DNA of 64,000 nt, from assembly GCA_030141605.1 (NCBI GenBank), contig JAQGDQ010000003.1, forward strand, positions 558,001 to 622,000, given 5' to 3'. A program made the position numbers and the translations under genes. The stretch comes from Tubiluchus corallicola. Taxonomy: Eukaryota > Animalia > Priapulida. Positions 1 to 23,760 of this stretch are shown here, piece by piece (within the stretch, counting starts at the first letter, position 1; each line of letters starts with the position of its first letter). The notes under the pieces are model-generated. The model was not told where the DNA came from. It saw only the letters and a list, made by a program, of their open reading frames with translations, and did no database searches.

Positions 1-3000
1 GGTCTAATGATTAGAACTGGCTTCACCAGCTGCAGAGTGCCTGAACTGGACCTCCTGAGTTAGATACTGTCTGGGTTATCGCATACATTTATGGCAGGAA
101 ATATTTGATAAACTCTATATATATAACTCCTAACAATCCTCAGCTAGTGGAAATATATGTGAAAAATATTAAAAATGCTTATAAATTTGCCGAGACTCAT
201 GGCATAACCAATTTTTTATCCGTTGGAGACTTAAACGCGCGTAGTTATGCATGAGACCACAACTTGAACACTCATGGAAGACTTATAAACGACTTACTTG
301 CAGATAATAATATGGACTTAGCCGTTATTGCGCCCAACATAGAAACTTTTCAATCGATAACCGGGAAGAGCATCATAGATATCATTTTAGCATCAAAACG
401 TAGCGCAAATGGTATTTTAACGCAAACAGTGCGCACTGACGTTGAGCTGTTTACAGGAGCACCACAAATGGGACATTTTCCTGTAATAACTGAGTTTAGA
501 GCAGGTGGTCCAAAACCTGAGAATACTAAGGTCCGCTATGACTTTAAAAATAGCGATTGGACTCAATGGTCAGCAGCTCTTGAAAATAATTTAAGACAAT
601 GTTTCACCAGAATTGCTGCAGAGTTAGAAAACAACAATGCAGAAGCCGTGTGGACACTCTTTTTACAATCTGTTCAGGAAAGCTGTAGTGAAGCATCAGT
701 GACTAAACGTATCTGCACACACAGCAAGCCATTTTGGACACCACAATTATCTGAACTATTACGAGAACTCAGACAACTAAGAAAGAACTACAAGCGGCAC
801 TCCAATTATGTCAATGTGAGTGCATATCTTGATAAAAAGACTCAGTTTGAAAACATATTAGCTGCAGAGTTAAATGACTGGGTTGTTAGTAATACTGTCA
901 ACTTAAATGTCCAGCAAGGCAAAGCTTTCTGGAAAACTTATAAAAAAGTGTTTGTTGAAAATTGCCAGAATGAGGTTGCTGTGTTGAAATGGCAGGGAAA
1001 GTATTATGTAAAAGATGAAGATAAATGTAAGATATTGTATAACACGTTTTTTGCTGGGGCGCATTTTAGGGGAAGTAATTTTGATCAGGGATGGTATCAC
1101 CGTATAGAGAATGAAGTGCAAGGCATAAATTTTGAAGAACCACATAACGTTTGGTATAACGAACCCTTCACTATGAATGAATTAAAATTTGCGATAAACA
1201 GTGTGAAAGTAAATGATAAAAGTATGGTTATTGACGGAAACCACCCGCTCTTGGTAAAGCACACTGGGTTTTGGGGGAAAAGTGTACTACTCAACCTAGC
1301 TAATTTGTGCTTAACGAAAGGAATATGGCCTTGGCAAAAAGCAAAAGTAGTTTTCATACGCAAAGATGGTAAAAACGACTACAGTAACCCATCGAACTAC
1401 AGGCCCATCACTATTTCATCTTACTACAGCAAAATAATTGAGAAACTTATTGAAAACCGGTTGAGGAAGTGGTTTAACGATCATAATATTATTGATATAG
1501 AACAGGAAGGGTTCAAGCCAGGGCATAATACAAACCGTTACATACTAAGGCTGGTTTCAGTTATCGAGAGAAAGAGACTTGAAGGGCAACTCGGCATTGG
1601 GATATTCTGCGATTTCCAGAAAGCCTTTGACAGTGTGTGGATAAATGGCTTAATTTTTAAACTGATACAGTCTGGTATCAAAGGTAACTTGCTGAATGTA
1701 ATCTGTAGTTTTTTAAAAAATAGGACAATTGTGATGAAGCTAAATGAATTTATATCAGCAGAATATCGATGCCATATAGGAGTCCCACAAGGCTCGGTTT
1801 TGTCCCCTTTATTGTTTATATTCTACATAGCAGACATGTTTAATGAACTGGATTTTAATCAAAACTTAGCTAAGTTTAAATATGCCGATGATGGCACAGT
1901 TTATATTTCTGCTGTCTCTGCTCAGGTCTGTCAGGATATTGCACAGCAATGTTGTGTTAAATTGTACGAGTGGTGCCAAAAGTGGAGGCAAATTTTAAAT
2001 TGTGATGTAGACAAGACTGAGGCTATTATATTTGGCAATGTAAATGAAAATACCATACCATCGTTAAAAATTGGGCAAAAGTCGATATGTTATGTAAAGG
2101 ATACTAAATGTCTGGGAATAACTGTCGACAAACAAATAAGTTTTGATAAACATGTTGCTAAAATTAGGCAAAAAGCTTGGAAAAAGTGGCACAACATTAA
2201 ACAGTTATCTTTCAAGTATAAAGGTATGAAAATGTCCACCATTTTAAAGCTGTTTGAAACAATTGTTGTACCTACCGTCTTCTATTGGTCAGTTGCCTGG
2301 ATGGTCAAAAAACATAGTTATTTTGAAGACCTGTGGTATGATGTTGTCAAAACAGCAGCGGGTGTAGGTTACAATCCTAGCAAAAATGAAATCCAGCATA
2401 TTTGTGGCGTGCCTCCCATTGATATAACGTATGATAATATACGTAGTAAATTTATGTCAAAAGTGTTAGCCAATCCAGATAATGATCTACTTAAGAAGGA
2501 AATTGCTATATGTGAAACCATGCCAAATAATGCTACATATTGTGTGCATCCCGTAAAAATTCACCTGGCAACTACCAAGTCTTTCTTGAAGATTACAAAG
2601 GACACTAATATGAGAAATCAAACATTGTCAAATCTCCCGAGAGAAAACTTTATTTATAGAAAAAATGATGGCTCGAAATTTTTAACAACCCAATGGGAAA
2701 GAAGATTTTATTATTGTACCCAAATAACAAATTTATCACAAGATAGCCCTACACCTATGTTAACGCCACTGTGTCTACCACTAACGCATTACGATAGGCT
2801 TATTGAAACAACTGCATTAAACTTACTTTTAAATAGAGGAACTAAATCATTTCGGTATAGAATAGGCGAACAAAATACAGATTGTTGTCATTGTAATAAT
2901 GCAACTCCTCAAACACCAGAACACATTATATTTGACTGTGACTTGGTAGACCATCAATTTCGGATAAATTTAAGACAAATTCTGCCCTCAGCCAACATAA

Positions 3001-3308
3001 GCGAGATTTATCTAAACAGAGACAAAGATGTGTGCCAGGCTTATGTAAATATTGTTAGAGATGTTGTGCGGAAAAAATTGCTATAAATTAATTCAAATTG
3101 TATTTACAGAAAAACAGGTATTGAGTAAGTCGTTATATTGTATATATTATAGGGTAAACTATGTATGTATTTTAAATTTATTCCAAATTGGCATTATGTG
3201 TATATTGTAATTGTAATCTTGTTATTGTAAATTTATATTTTGTAAACGAACCCCTGCAAATAGAGGGGAAACAATGTATCCATTGTTTAATAAAAGACTT
3301 ATAATAAT

Positions 3309-3314
<6 letters not shown>
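1..3314 (+). mobile_element. Non-LTR retrotransposon (APE endonuclease + RT + C-terminal Cys/His knuckle), nearly intact, in an intron of the Amt gene; 5' part lies outside the window
   Basis: The 940-aa ORF 264-3086 has RT motifs (NYRPITI, QEGF, DFQKAFD, GVPQGSVLSPLLF, YADD, KCLG) and a C-terminal CHC..TPEHIIFDC knuckle. The endonuclease motif GDLNAR is in frame upstream but cut off by TGA at 252-254, with a frameshift near 50. A 3' UTR with AATAAA (3289-3294) and a (TAA)/A tail runs to ~3314. Confidence 0.93.
264..3086 (+). CDS. LINE ORF2 polyprotein (endonuclease C-terminus, reverse transcriptase, zinc knuckle); true N-terminus disrupted
   Basis: Long open frame with the canonical non-LTR RT motifs; no RNase H domain is apparent. 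Confidence 0.88.
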   Translation: MNTHGRLINDLLADNNMDLAVIAPNIETFQSITGKSIIDIILASKRSANGILTQTVRTDVELFTGAPQMGHFPVITEFRAGGPKPENTKVRYDFKNSDWTQWSAALENNLRQCFTRIAAELENNNAEAVWTLFLQSVQESCSEASVTKRICTHSKPFWTPQLSELLRELRQLRKNYKRHSNYVNVSAYLDKKTQFENILAAELNDWVVSNTVNLNVQQGKAFWKTYKKVFVENCQNEVAVLKWQGKYYVKDEDKCKILYNTFFAGAHFRGSNFDQGWYHRIENEVQGINFEEPHNVWYNEPFTMNELKFAINSVKVNDKSMVIDGNHPLLVKHTGFWGKSVLLNLANLCLTKGIWPWQKAKVVFIRKDGKNDYSNPSNYRPITISSYYSKIIEKLIENRLRKWFNDHNIIDIEQEGFKPGHNTNRYILRLVSVIERKRLEGQLGIGIFCDFQKAFDSVWINGLIFKLIQSGIKGNLLNVICSFLKNRTIVMKLNEFISAEYRCHIGVPQGSVLSPLLFIFYIADMFNELDFNQNLAKFKYADDGTVYISAVSAQVCQDIAQQCCVKLYEWCQKWRQILNCDVDKTEAIIFGNVNENTIPSLKIGQKSICYVKDTKCLGITVDKQISFDKHVAKIRQKAWKKWHNIKQLSFKYKGMKMSTILKLFETIVVPTVFYWSVAWMVKKHSYFEDLWYDVVKTAAGVGYNPSKNEIQHICGVPPIDITYDNIRSKFMSKVLANPDNDLLKKEIAICETMPNNATYCVHPVKIHLATTKSFLKITKDTNMRNQTLSNLPRENFIYRKNDGSKFLTTQWERRFYYCTQITNLSQDSPTPMLTPLCLPLTHYDRLIETTALNLLLNRGTKSFRYRIGEQNTDCCHCNNATPQTPEHIIFDCDLVDHQFRINLRQILPSANISEIYLNRDKDVCQAYVNIVRDVVRKKLL

Positions 3315-3364
<50 letters not shown>

Positions 3365-3373
3365 TCCCTCCCC
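3315..3373. repeat. (TC)n microsatellite abutting the LINE 3' tail
   Basis: About 23 perfect TC units followed by ccctct variants. Confidence 0.95.
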
Positions 3374-4099
3374 TAACCATACGTTGTTGGAGGTTAGAAA
3401 TGATACTGTAGGACGTTGTTAAATGTGCGCGCAGGTTTATTAATTTTTTTTATAATCTCATATTCACAGTAACCGAATCGCATTACTGAGTCATAAAATT
3501 GTAATCATGTTAGTTATATTTCTCATTGCACAACATTTACTAGATATTAAAAAAATCGCACAAAATAAGGAGTGGCAGTAGTGAAGCAGCATTAAAACTT
3601 CGTAATGCACTAACACTCGCTGACTAGATTACTCTTGGCCGTTCAGTGGGGAAATTTCGGAGAAAGTCTGTTACATACCTTCATATCGTTGCAAAGGCTA
3701 TAATTCTGACAAGCCTAAGCCCACTACTTAACACTGACTCAGCGAGCGATATATTAAAGTGCTAATATTACAAAGGTAACTATTATAGCTTATTCTTTAC
3801 TCGCGGCATCCGCTTACTATTAGTAATCAGTCATCAGCACTGCTAGGCATAAGTAGTCAAATACTAACAAACTGTTAAAACTCATGGAAGTTCAGTCTGA
3901 CACAAAGCAAAAAATCGTTCGAATAGAACCTACTATCAGAAAGGTAAATACAGAGGCAGTGAACAATTGGGAGTTTTGGTTACCAGAGGAAGGAAAACAG
4001 GAAAAATTCAGTAGGTGTGTAGCAATAGATCTGATCTTTTTAGCGACTAAGTTACTGTACTGTCCAACGTTGAACGTGAATTATTTGGAAATTTTACAG

Positions 4100-7000
4100 G
4101 TTTTGGCTTGCTTGAATCGGGTGCAGTTTCTCGTCGCAATGAAGTAAATATAATGGTGAAAAATGTGGTGGATATTGTGTTTGGTGGACTCACTTACTGG
4201 ATATTCGGATATGGTTTGTCATTTGGCGTTGATCCTGGCAGTAACCCGTTCAGTGGAGTGGGGTATTTCTTCGTCGACGCGGATGAGGACCAAATGGGAG
4301 AAAGGTTTTCCCATTTTGTATTTCAGCTCTCGTTTGCTACAACAGCAACAACAATTGTTTCTGGAGCAATGGCTGAACGGACAAAACTATCAGCTTATAT
4401 AATATTCTCATTTCTCAACACGATCGTTTATTCTTTACCTGCTTCTTGGGTGTGGCGTGCCGACGGCTTCCTCGCACAGTTAGGTGTAGTGGACATTGCT
4501 GGATGTTCAGTGGTGCATGTGGTTGGAGCTACTGCTGGACTTGTAGGAACAATCATATTGAAACCTCGTAAAGGAAGATACGATAATGGTACTGCGCCTT
4601 TACCTATGGGGTCACCAACTAATGCTCTAGTGGGCATGTTTATGTTATGGTAAGAGAAATGCGAATTATAATAACAAAGTCTTACTCAGTGCAGATAAAG
4701 CTGAAATTGTCCAAAGTTCCAAAAATATTTGTGCACATGGTCATGCTTCCTGCAAGATTTTAATTAAAAAAGAAAATTATTCTTTGTTTTAAATGTTCTC
4801 TTACAAATTATAAACAGTTAGTCAGTTAAATTAAATCGCAGCGGTTAGCCAACTATACACTCAACACTAGTTAATTAACCAATTTTATTTGGCGCAATTG
4901 TTAGTGACGTGTAAGCAACCGTAAGTTTTGCCCGACTGTCAACCGAAATTATAAGCAAAATTCTATTAAATTTTTATGTAGGTACATTATTGTGGATCTA
5001 TGGTTTTAATTCGCGTGTTAATGATGTGCGTACTTTTAATCAAATGAGTGGAAACCTCTGATTCAAATTCTCACCCATATTATCTTGGCATCGAAATTAG
5101 CCAGTTAAGTTAGACTATCAACATATCACATCAAGTGGAATTGACAAAAAACCACATAGGCCTAATCAATAAGGTTGTATCTGTGGGAGCAGGATATGAG
5201 TATAAATACAAAATGTATGATGCAAGTGGCATTCCGGCAGAATTGGACTTTAGTGCTTGTGAGAAAGACCTTGGATTATTACTTGATAATAAACTAAATT
5301 TTAAAGATCACATAGCAGAAATCATAAAGAACGCCAAACGAAACAATGCTTTAATAAGGAGGAATTTCAAGTACCTAGATCTGCAAACTTTCAAGCTTCT
5401 ATATGTGGCACTTGTGCGATCAAAAGTGGAGTATGGAAGTAGTATTTGGAATAGTCCTAGGGCATATATAGTGGACCCAGTCGAAACTGTCCAAATGAGA
5501 GCTTTCAACATGTTACCGGAACTAATGAACTTGACGTATGAAAGTCAGTTAAAACGAATAGGTTTAACTACATTAGCTTTTAGACGTTTACGTGGCCAAC
5601 TAATTGATGTATACAAATATGTATCTGGAGTTTACAGCTGTGATGATTGTCCTGTTAAATTAGAAGTACATCGTACAGCAAGATCAGGTCCTATTCTTCA
5701 TAAATCAAGAACTGCACACAAAACTGGTAAATACGACTATTTTTCTTGTACGATGCCAGAAATCTGGAATAGATTGCCCTGTGATGTGAGAACAGCAACA
5801 TCTGTAAATTTATTTAAATCAAAATTAGATAGACACTATGAACATCATCCATTGAAATTTAATCACCGTGCTAATTGGAACATGCCTATAACAAGGATGC
5901 TGGATTACATATTATAGTGAGAAAACTTGCCAGTGGAGTCACCTAGGTGTTGATGACAATCTATTGAATGTGCAATTTGTCGCAATTACAGTCGAAGAAC
6001 TATTTGTCTCAAAAGTTATATTATAACTACTGGAGATTTACTACTACTACTACTTACTACTACTACTACTAAATCTTACTTGCCGATTAGAATTGCAACC
6101 GTGACTCACGTGTGATTGATTTTAATTCAGCTGCAGTTATATGACGAGATCTGATGGTGAGCCAGTGCCTTTTAGTGTAATATAGTTGGCAAATACAGGT
6201 CTGATGTTAGCACTCACATTTAATGCTCTTACTTTCGGTGCACTGGCAACGAGGAACATCAAGCGTGTCATTTTGTCAAATTCGGCCACGTAGTGTGTCA
6301 GTAATCAGTATTCAATATGCATAAAAAACACTGTTTCTTCACTGTTTCTGCTTTCATAATGAATTTTTTGCAAAAGTCTTATACAGAACATGGATGTGCC
6401 TTTTTTGCTAAAAGCCCTTCATAATTTGGCATAGAGACATGACATAATGCTTCTGCGATTGCTGCGTGAACACCTGCCATATTTTATTATGCACTAATTA
6501 TTATTCTCGATGATATGGACAGGTGCGAGAGCACGAGACGCCATAATGAATGGTTATCAAACAACAAGCTAATACACACACTCTAATTTCAACATTCCGA
6601 TTATCATAGTCCACTCACTGCCTCCTTCCACACTTGCAGAATAGACTGAACAGAAACTTATGAACTCCACGTAATGAATAAAAATGAAAAAAGTGAAGCA
6701 GGACAAATCGTAATACAATTTAAATAAAAAAATTCGAAAAGCAATTTAATCTTTGTGTCGTCATCATTATCGCTGCTACGTCACATAACATACATAATTT
6801 ACCTTGCTGTTACTGTTCTTGTTACTGTTGCTTTGTTGTTTTTTGTCTAGGTCTGTGGTACAGAAAATGCATAAACTTATTTTTGTACTTAGGTGGGGAT
6901 GGCTAGGATTCAATTGCGGTAGCACTTATGGCATAACAGGACACAAATGGAAACTCACAGCCAGGTGAGTTGTTGTAGCTAGAGAATTAGGATGATCATG

Positions 7001-10000
7001 CCAGATCTTTCCTGATTACCAAAACCAACTTTTTAAGCCTGTTTCGTGGTCAAATTGTTAACAGCGAAAATCCGACGCGCCAGAGACACACTGTGTGGCC
7101 TACTCAAGACAGTGGCATATCTAGAGCTTGAGGCATCCAGGATGGCCCGCAACCACACACCCCCTACCTATGACACTGACTCAAGACAAACACCAACTCC
7201 ACACTACAACATGCATAATAATAATAATTATCTCTGTGTTATGTATCCAGTATTAGTTTGCGAGTCCGAGTCCTTACTGGTCGAGTTCGAGTTCTCATTA
7301 CTGAATCCGAATTGGAGTTCTGTAATATTTGTTTCAAAATAAAACGTAGCACCTCCTTGGTAAAGCACTTGATACAGAGGTAATGGTAAATGTTAGCATT
7401 ACCCGAAACAGGACATCGCGTGCAATAAAAATACATGCATGTAGATGATCAAGGTCAGTTTTTAAGTTAAAGTATGATGAAAAATCGTTGGTGTTGTCCT
7501 TTAAACGGCACGCATCTGCGCAGAGTTAATGAAGTTAGTCAAACTTTGTGGCACAAACGGATTGTGGATAATGCTGAAGCAGAATTTGGCATGAATAACA
7601 CCAGCCTACGGGAACATCTCCTTTATCCTCTTCCTGAACAGTCAACTCCTCACATTTTTATCTCAATTTTATCTCCATCCCACCCTTTAATTTCCTGTCA
7701 AATTGTGCTTTAAGTAACTGTGCCTCCTGTTACGACACAATATGCCATTTAACATTTTGTACATGTTTTTTTGTTATGCCCTGCTACAATGATTATCTGC
7801 ATTGTGTTTGTGCGGAATAAACGAAATCTTGAAATCTTGAATGCAAACAAAAGGCGATGTACCCACTTAGGCCCAAGCCTAAGCTTCACCTCTGGTGCGA
7901 GCACTACTGTGTGGCACTTAACAAACCACCTCTCTCACATCTACACCGAGCCTTCTTCTCCGGATGAGGTAGCTCATTAACAAACTCCCCTAAGCTCGGG
8001 CTCGGTTCCCGGTGTGGACAGCATCACTCCTGAAATACCTCCTCGGCCAAATGGCTCGCCGGGATGAATCCGTCTCGGCCAGAAAAGCTCCCACCAGTGG
8101 CTCTTACCTTCAGCCAACCTACGGGTTTTGTCCCCTCGAACATTTGGTTAAGCAATGGCGATCCATTGCCGCTTCCTAACGACAGAGCTTTCTTCCGTGG
8201 CCTCGTTGTTACGATTACATAAGTGGCCCACCATTCGAAAGTAATGTACGTCCTTTAAAAGTAATGAGTCGTGAAAATAATAATCATCAAATCAATTGGC
8301 GTGCTACAACATGCTTTGCTGTGCTTCAACCCAATGCACGTGAAGGTGTTTTTCCTTTTGTCATCTTTCACTGCAATTCAGTTAATTATGTTGGTAGGAT
8401 CAGGAAATCCGAAATTTGAAGCATAACAGTTTCCTGCACAGCACAATTAACAAGAACATAATTAAATAAATAAAGAAAAGCGATTAGCGTTTGATTAATA
8501 AGTCTGAAGTTGCTGTAAACGGAACTTTGTGTGCAATAAAAATGCATGTAGACGACACAAAACTTCAAGGCGAGTTATTAAGTTAGTGTGAAAAATTGGT
8601 GGCCTTTCTTTTAATAAATGATCCCGTGAAACTGACTACATCTAACACGTAACGCAGAAGTTCAATTTTTCATCACGGTTTTTACTAGTAATGACAGAAC
8701 GTTTCAACAGAGGTTAATACCACTGAATGGCTTTATTGTAACAAAATTAGCACGTAAATGTTCCAAAATGTCCCATAAAGTGGATTAACTTGACTGTTCA
8801 GAACACAGGTGAGTAAAACAGGCAGGTGACTAGCAGGTAACAAACTGAAAGCTGACCAAAACAAAAAGCTTTACATTACCGCCACAGACGGCGCCTCATA
8901 CACGCATTTTGTATAATTTAAAATAGTAACGAATAATATAAGTAATTGCTGTATGTATAGATATAGTTACAAACTAATAATTAATGATAGTGTTTGACTA
9001 ATGAGTATGATTTTTAATTTTTATTCAATTTTACAACAGTCTTATAATAACTGGGCACCCGTCCATTTACTGATGAGGCTCTGTATGGCAGGACTTCAGT
9101 CCCTAAGCACACACCCGTAGTCACTCAAGCAGCTCTCCCCTTAGAAATTCAGAATAGCCTTGATTTAAAGCATTGATAATATCACCAACAGAACATTGGG
9201 ATTATATCAATTTTAGTTTTTTTTAGTAGGTGGGCGTGACTGGTAAGTACATGTATATGCAACAAGTGTCATGAATGGGGAAGCAGCTTGAACGAAATTA
9301 GAACAGCCCAGGTTGTGCGAAGTGCGCTTTAAAGGAACTATAAATTTCAAACACACTTTTGCTTGCTCTGTTTATGCTCTGCCGTTTATTGTGAAACCAC
9401 GATTATTTGCTAAAACACATTCGCGCTAAATCTAGGAAAACAGATATAGGGCACTTTTTAGTTTCTACGTCATCTAATTATAATTACGTTGCAGCGAACA
9501 ATTAACGCTCTACAAAATACAGAAACTATCGAATGTAGAAATAATGAATAGCTTGTGTGGTTTCAGATCTGCCGTTACAACAATAAATGCGTCTATAGGA
9601 GGAGGCATATGCGGTACAGCTTACAGGTGAAAGTATAAATTTAACAGCGAAATCATTTTCAATTTTCACTAATGATTTTGAACTAATCGGTTGCGGAGTA
9701 CCTCTAAGAAGAGCTCTGTTTCGCCGTGGTGTTGTTGTCGTTCTCGTTGTTTATATAATAAGTTTTTATCCGTTTTTAATAGCTTCACGTAATAATAGAG
9801 TTACTCTGTATTCTAATTTTTTTACAAAAAACGACATGACAACGGTAAATGGTGTTCTAAATGGTTTATAAAACACATGCTATCAGAGTATCAAACTTAT
9901 GTACTGCACAACAGTAATCTTGAAACTGACATTTTTGTTTGCAGCTACATTTGTAAAAAAGGAAAATATGACGTTTCAGTGCTCATTAACTCCATCTTGG

Positions 10001-11759
10001 GCAGTTTGGTTGCTGTAACAGGTATGACGGTTACCAGAAAAATAAATCGCTGTATTATTTGTCAAGCCATGTATTAAAATTTCTTAATTTCTTACAAAAA
10101 TGAAACACATTGGTTTCTACGCCGCATTTTAAAGGCATTGAATATAATATAATAAGGTGCATAATATACATGCCTGTACCCACAGGATCCTTCATACGTA
10201 ATAGATTCACAGATATTTTTTTACATCAGACAGTGTTTGTAGTTGTTTATATTCTTTGAATTGTTGTAGTTTTTATATTTTTATCAGCTCGTTACTAACT
10301 AAGTAATTTAATGAAGTTTTTGTAGTACGGCTTTTACAATAAAGTTGCTATCTGTTTGGATGGTAGAGGAAAGAAACCCAAATACTGATCCGTCTGATGT
10401 GGTGTAAATGATGTATGTTGTCTCGACAATGTCGTAGTGGAAAGTGCACGTGTTGTTGTTTTTGTCTTCATTGTGGAACATAGCCAATATATTGCCTTCG
10501 ATTGTGTGAAATGTAATCACGCATCAACAACAATCAATGCTCATACTTTATATGACAGTGAGTTCGAAACGTATACCAGCAAATAAAAAGATATTTTTAT
10601 TTGTTGGTTTAATTGCAGCATGTTGTGCTGTATGTCGACCATGGGAAGCATTCGTGATTGGATCAACTGGTGGGATCATCACAGTTCTATCTATTCCATT
10701 ACTTGACATGATGCATATTGATGATCCAGTGGGAGCCATTTCTGTACACGGTATTAGCGGCATATGGGGTATGCTTATGGTCGGAATATTTGCTAATGTA
10801 CGTACCTAGTTAATTATTTAATAGATTTTTGCTAGAATTTACTCAACTTTCGCTTGAAATTGAACCTGCAAGCACAGAAGCCAATTTTGTTTTTCTTGTT
10901 TATTACAGAACGACACATTTGAACATCTTACTTATGACAGAGCGGGTTTAGTTCATGGCGGCGGTTTCTATCTGTTGGGGGTCCAAGCCCTTGCTTCTGT
11001 AGTCATTGCTGTTTGGTCAGCTATTGTTTCGTTTATTCTACTTTTTGTAAGTAAATCCGTATAATCATAATACCTTTTGCTTTTACAATCAGCCTTGAGA
11101 ATTTTTCATGTCATTAAGTTTGACATTTTAGCAAAATTCATTAATCGCATCATGTGTGAACAGCTTAGTTGAATATAATGCTTTTTTCCATTAGTTTCTC
11201 ATGAATCTGAGAAAAAACTGTAATACTAGTTAAAAAACCTTTAACAAATACTGTAAAGCTTTTAATACTAGTATTAAAACATTCACAACAAAAGCAGAAC
11301 AGTGAAATCTCCTGAAATTCATACTTTATTTAAATAGATGTTTCTGTAATTGTGTGCTGCATGAGAACATAAACACACAAGCAAATGAAATCATAATTGT
11401 ATGACACCAGTTGAACTCATTTTTTAACAAATTTACGAAATGAAAATTTGTAACAAACAAGAGAGTTGCTTTTCACATCCCAGGCTATAGATAAAACAAT
11501 TGGAATGCGCTTATCAGAAGAAGACGAGTTGCTGGGAGCCGATATAGCAGAGCACGAAATACACTATGAGAACCACACAATGCCCCCCTCAGTGATGGGC
11601 GTACACGATGAATGCATGAGCCCTGTTTCAGCCATCTTTACGACAGAAGTTCTGCACGCAGCTGAAGAGAGATTGAAACAGCGGAGACTTAGTGTGCCTC
11701 TTTCAACAATAGAAAGAAAAGTAGCTTGGAAGGAGACACTTGTAGAAAATCATTCGTGA
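4100..11759 (+). CDS. amt: Ammonium transporter (Amt family), 5'-partial, 7 coding exons visible
   Basis: GT-AG exons 4100-4649, 6893-6964, 9567-9626, 9945-10021, 10619-10797, 10909-11046 and 11484-11759 join in phase. Motifs: GFGLLESG, FQLSFATTATTIVSGAMAER, DIAGCSVVHVVG, WWGWLGFNCGS, DDPVGAISVHG, EELLGADIAEH-type C-terminus (EDELLGADIAEH). Both pore histidines are present. Confidence 0.95.
5165..6070 (+). mobile_element. 5'-truncated CR1/L2-group LINE in an Amt intron
   Basis: ORF 5135-5917 encodes the post-RT region (EKDLG, LYVALVRSKVEY, TLAFRRLRGQLI, WNRLP, FKSKLD) without stops. It is followed by a 3' UTR and a (TAC)n tail at 6040-6070. Confidence 0.88.
7540..7842 (+). mobile_element. 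Degenerate LINE 3' end
   Basis: HPL-containing remnant frame, then AATAAA (~7816) and a duplicated aaatcttg tail, as expected at a LINE 3' terminus. Confidence 0.4.
7860..8200 (+). mobile_element. GC-richer degenerate RT fragment
   Basis: GSVPGVDSITPEI (~7999-8037) resembles the SPGxDGI RT N-terminal motif. QPTYGFCP resembles the QxGF motif. Confidence 0.35.
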
Positions 11760-12633
11760 AAAATTCATATTAACTGTACAGAATTTTTGGTCATTTGTAT
11801 GTTATACAAATAGTATGTTATACTAAAAATATGGATGAAGCATAAGATGAGAAAATTGTACTCAACATGTATAATATTAACTCCAACACAGCAAGAGTGA
11901 GTCTGAACAGCTTCAATACATTTTAGGGGAGAAATTTGTGTGTGATATATTGTTACATCAAGCAAAAATTAAATTAGTACTAAAATCAGTTATTTCGTAG
12001 CAACTTACAAAAGTGAATTACATCATACGATAATTCATTTCACCAGTGCTGCACAGCAGATAATTGTAACTACATTTCTAATTAGTAAGCTTCAAGAGTA
12101 CTGTTTCTAACTCAATAAGTTTTGAGGACATTTCAAATGGTAAACGTGATATCACTGTACTGTAGAATCATTGCCACTGGGAAACCAGCCATCTGATTTT
12201 ACAATATCATGTGCACTCTTTCATATTGAAAATAGTAATGTGCAAGTTGCCCCTTTTATATTATAGGAGCAGCCAAGTTAATAATTTTAGCAGTTTACCA
12301 GTTGGTAAGTGCAGATGATACTACACATATTTTGCAGAATACACATGCAGTATATTTTTATAACAGCAAAGCCAGTAATATAAAATACGTAGATGATTTT
12401 TTATTTGCGCACGCATGCGCATGTGTTCAGGCCATGTGTAAGAATTTAGTTCTTAAAGCTGTAGCAAGCCAGGTCATTACGCTACCACAATGTCAATTTC
12501 AGTATTACTGTTGGAATGCACTGCATGTGGCTTACCCACTCACATTTGTTGGGGGGAAAATAGACAATTTACATCTATCTTTTCAACAAGTCACACCAAC
12601 AAAGTAACAAATTTGAAAATGGTATTAAATAAT

Positions 12634-23760
<11,127 letters not shown>

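Noticed and set aside
252-254. In-frame TGA in the LINE as selenocysteine or an alternative genetic code
   Set aside because: Host genes use TGA as stop (Amt, OTC, TMEM128), and a nearby frameshift shows ordinary decay.
9050-9110. Weak similarity to the reverse complement of the 5S rRNA internal promoter region
   Set aside because: Too short and diverged for a 5S gene; at most a decayed SINE piece.
11260-11279. Perfect 20-bp palindrome ttttaatactagtattaaaa
   Set aside because: Very AT-rich and isolated; plausible by chance or local slippage, with no supporting context.
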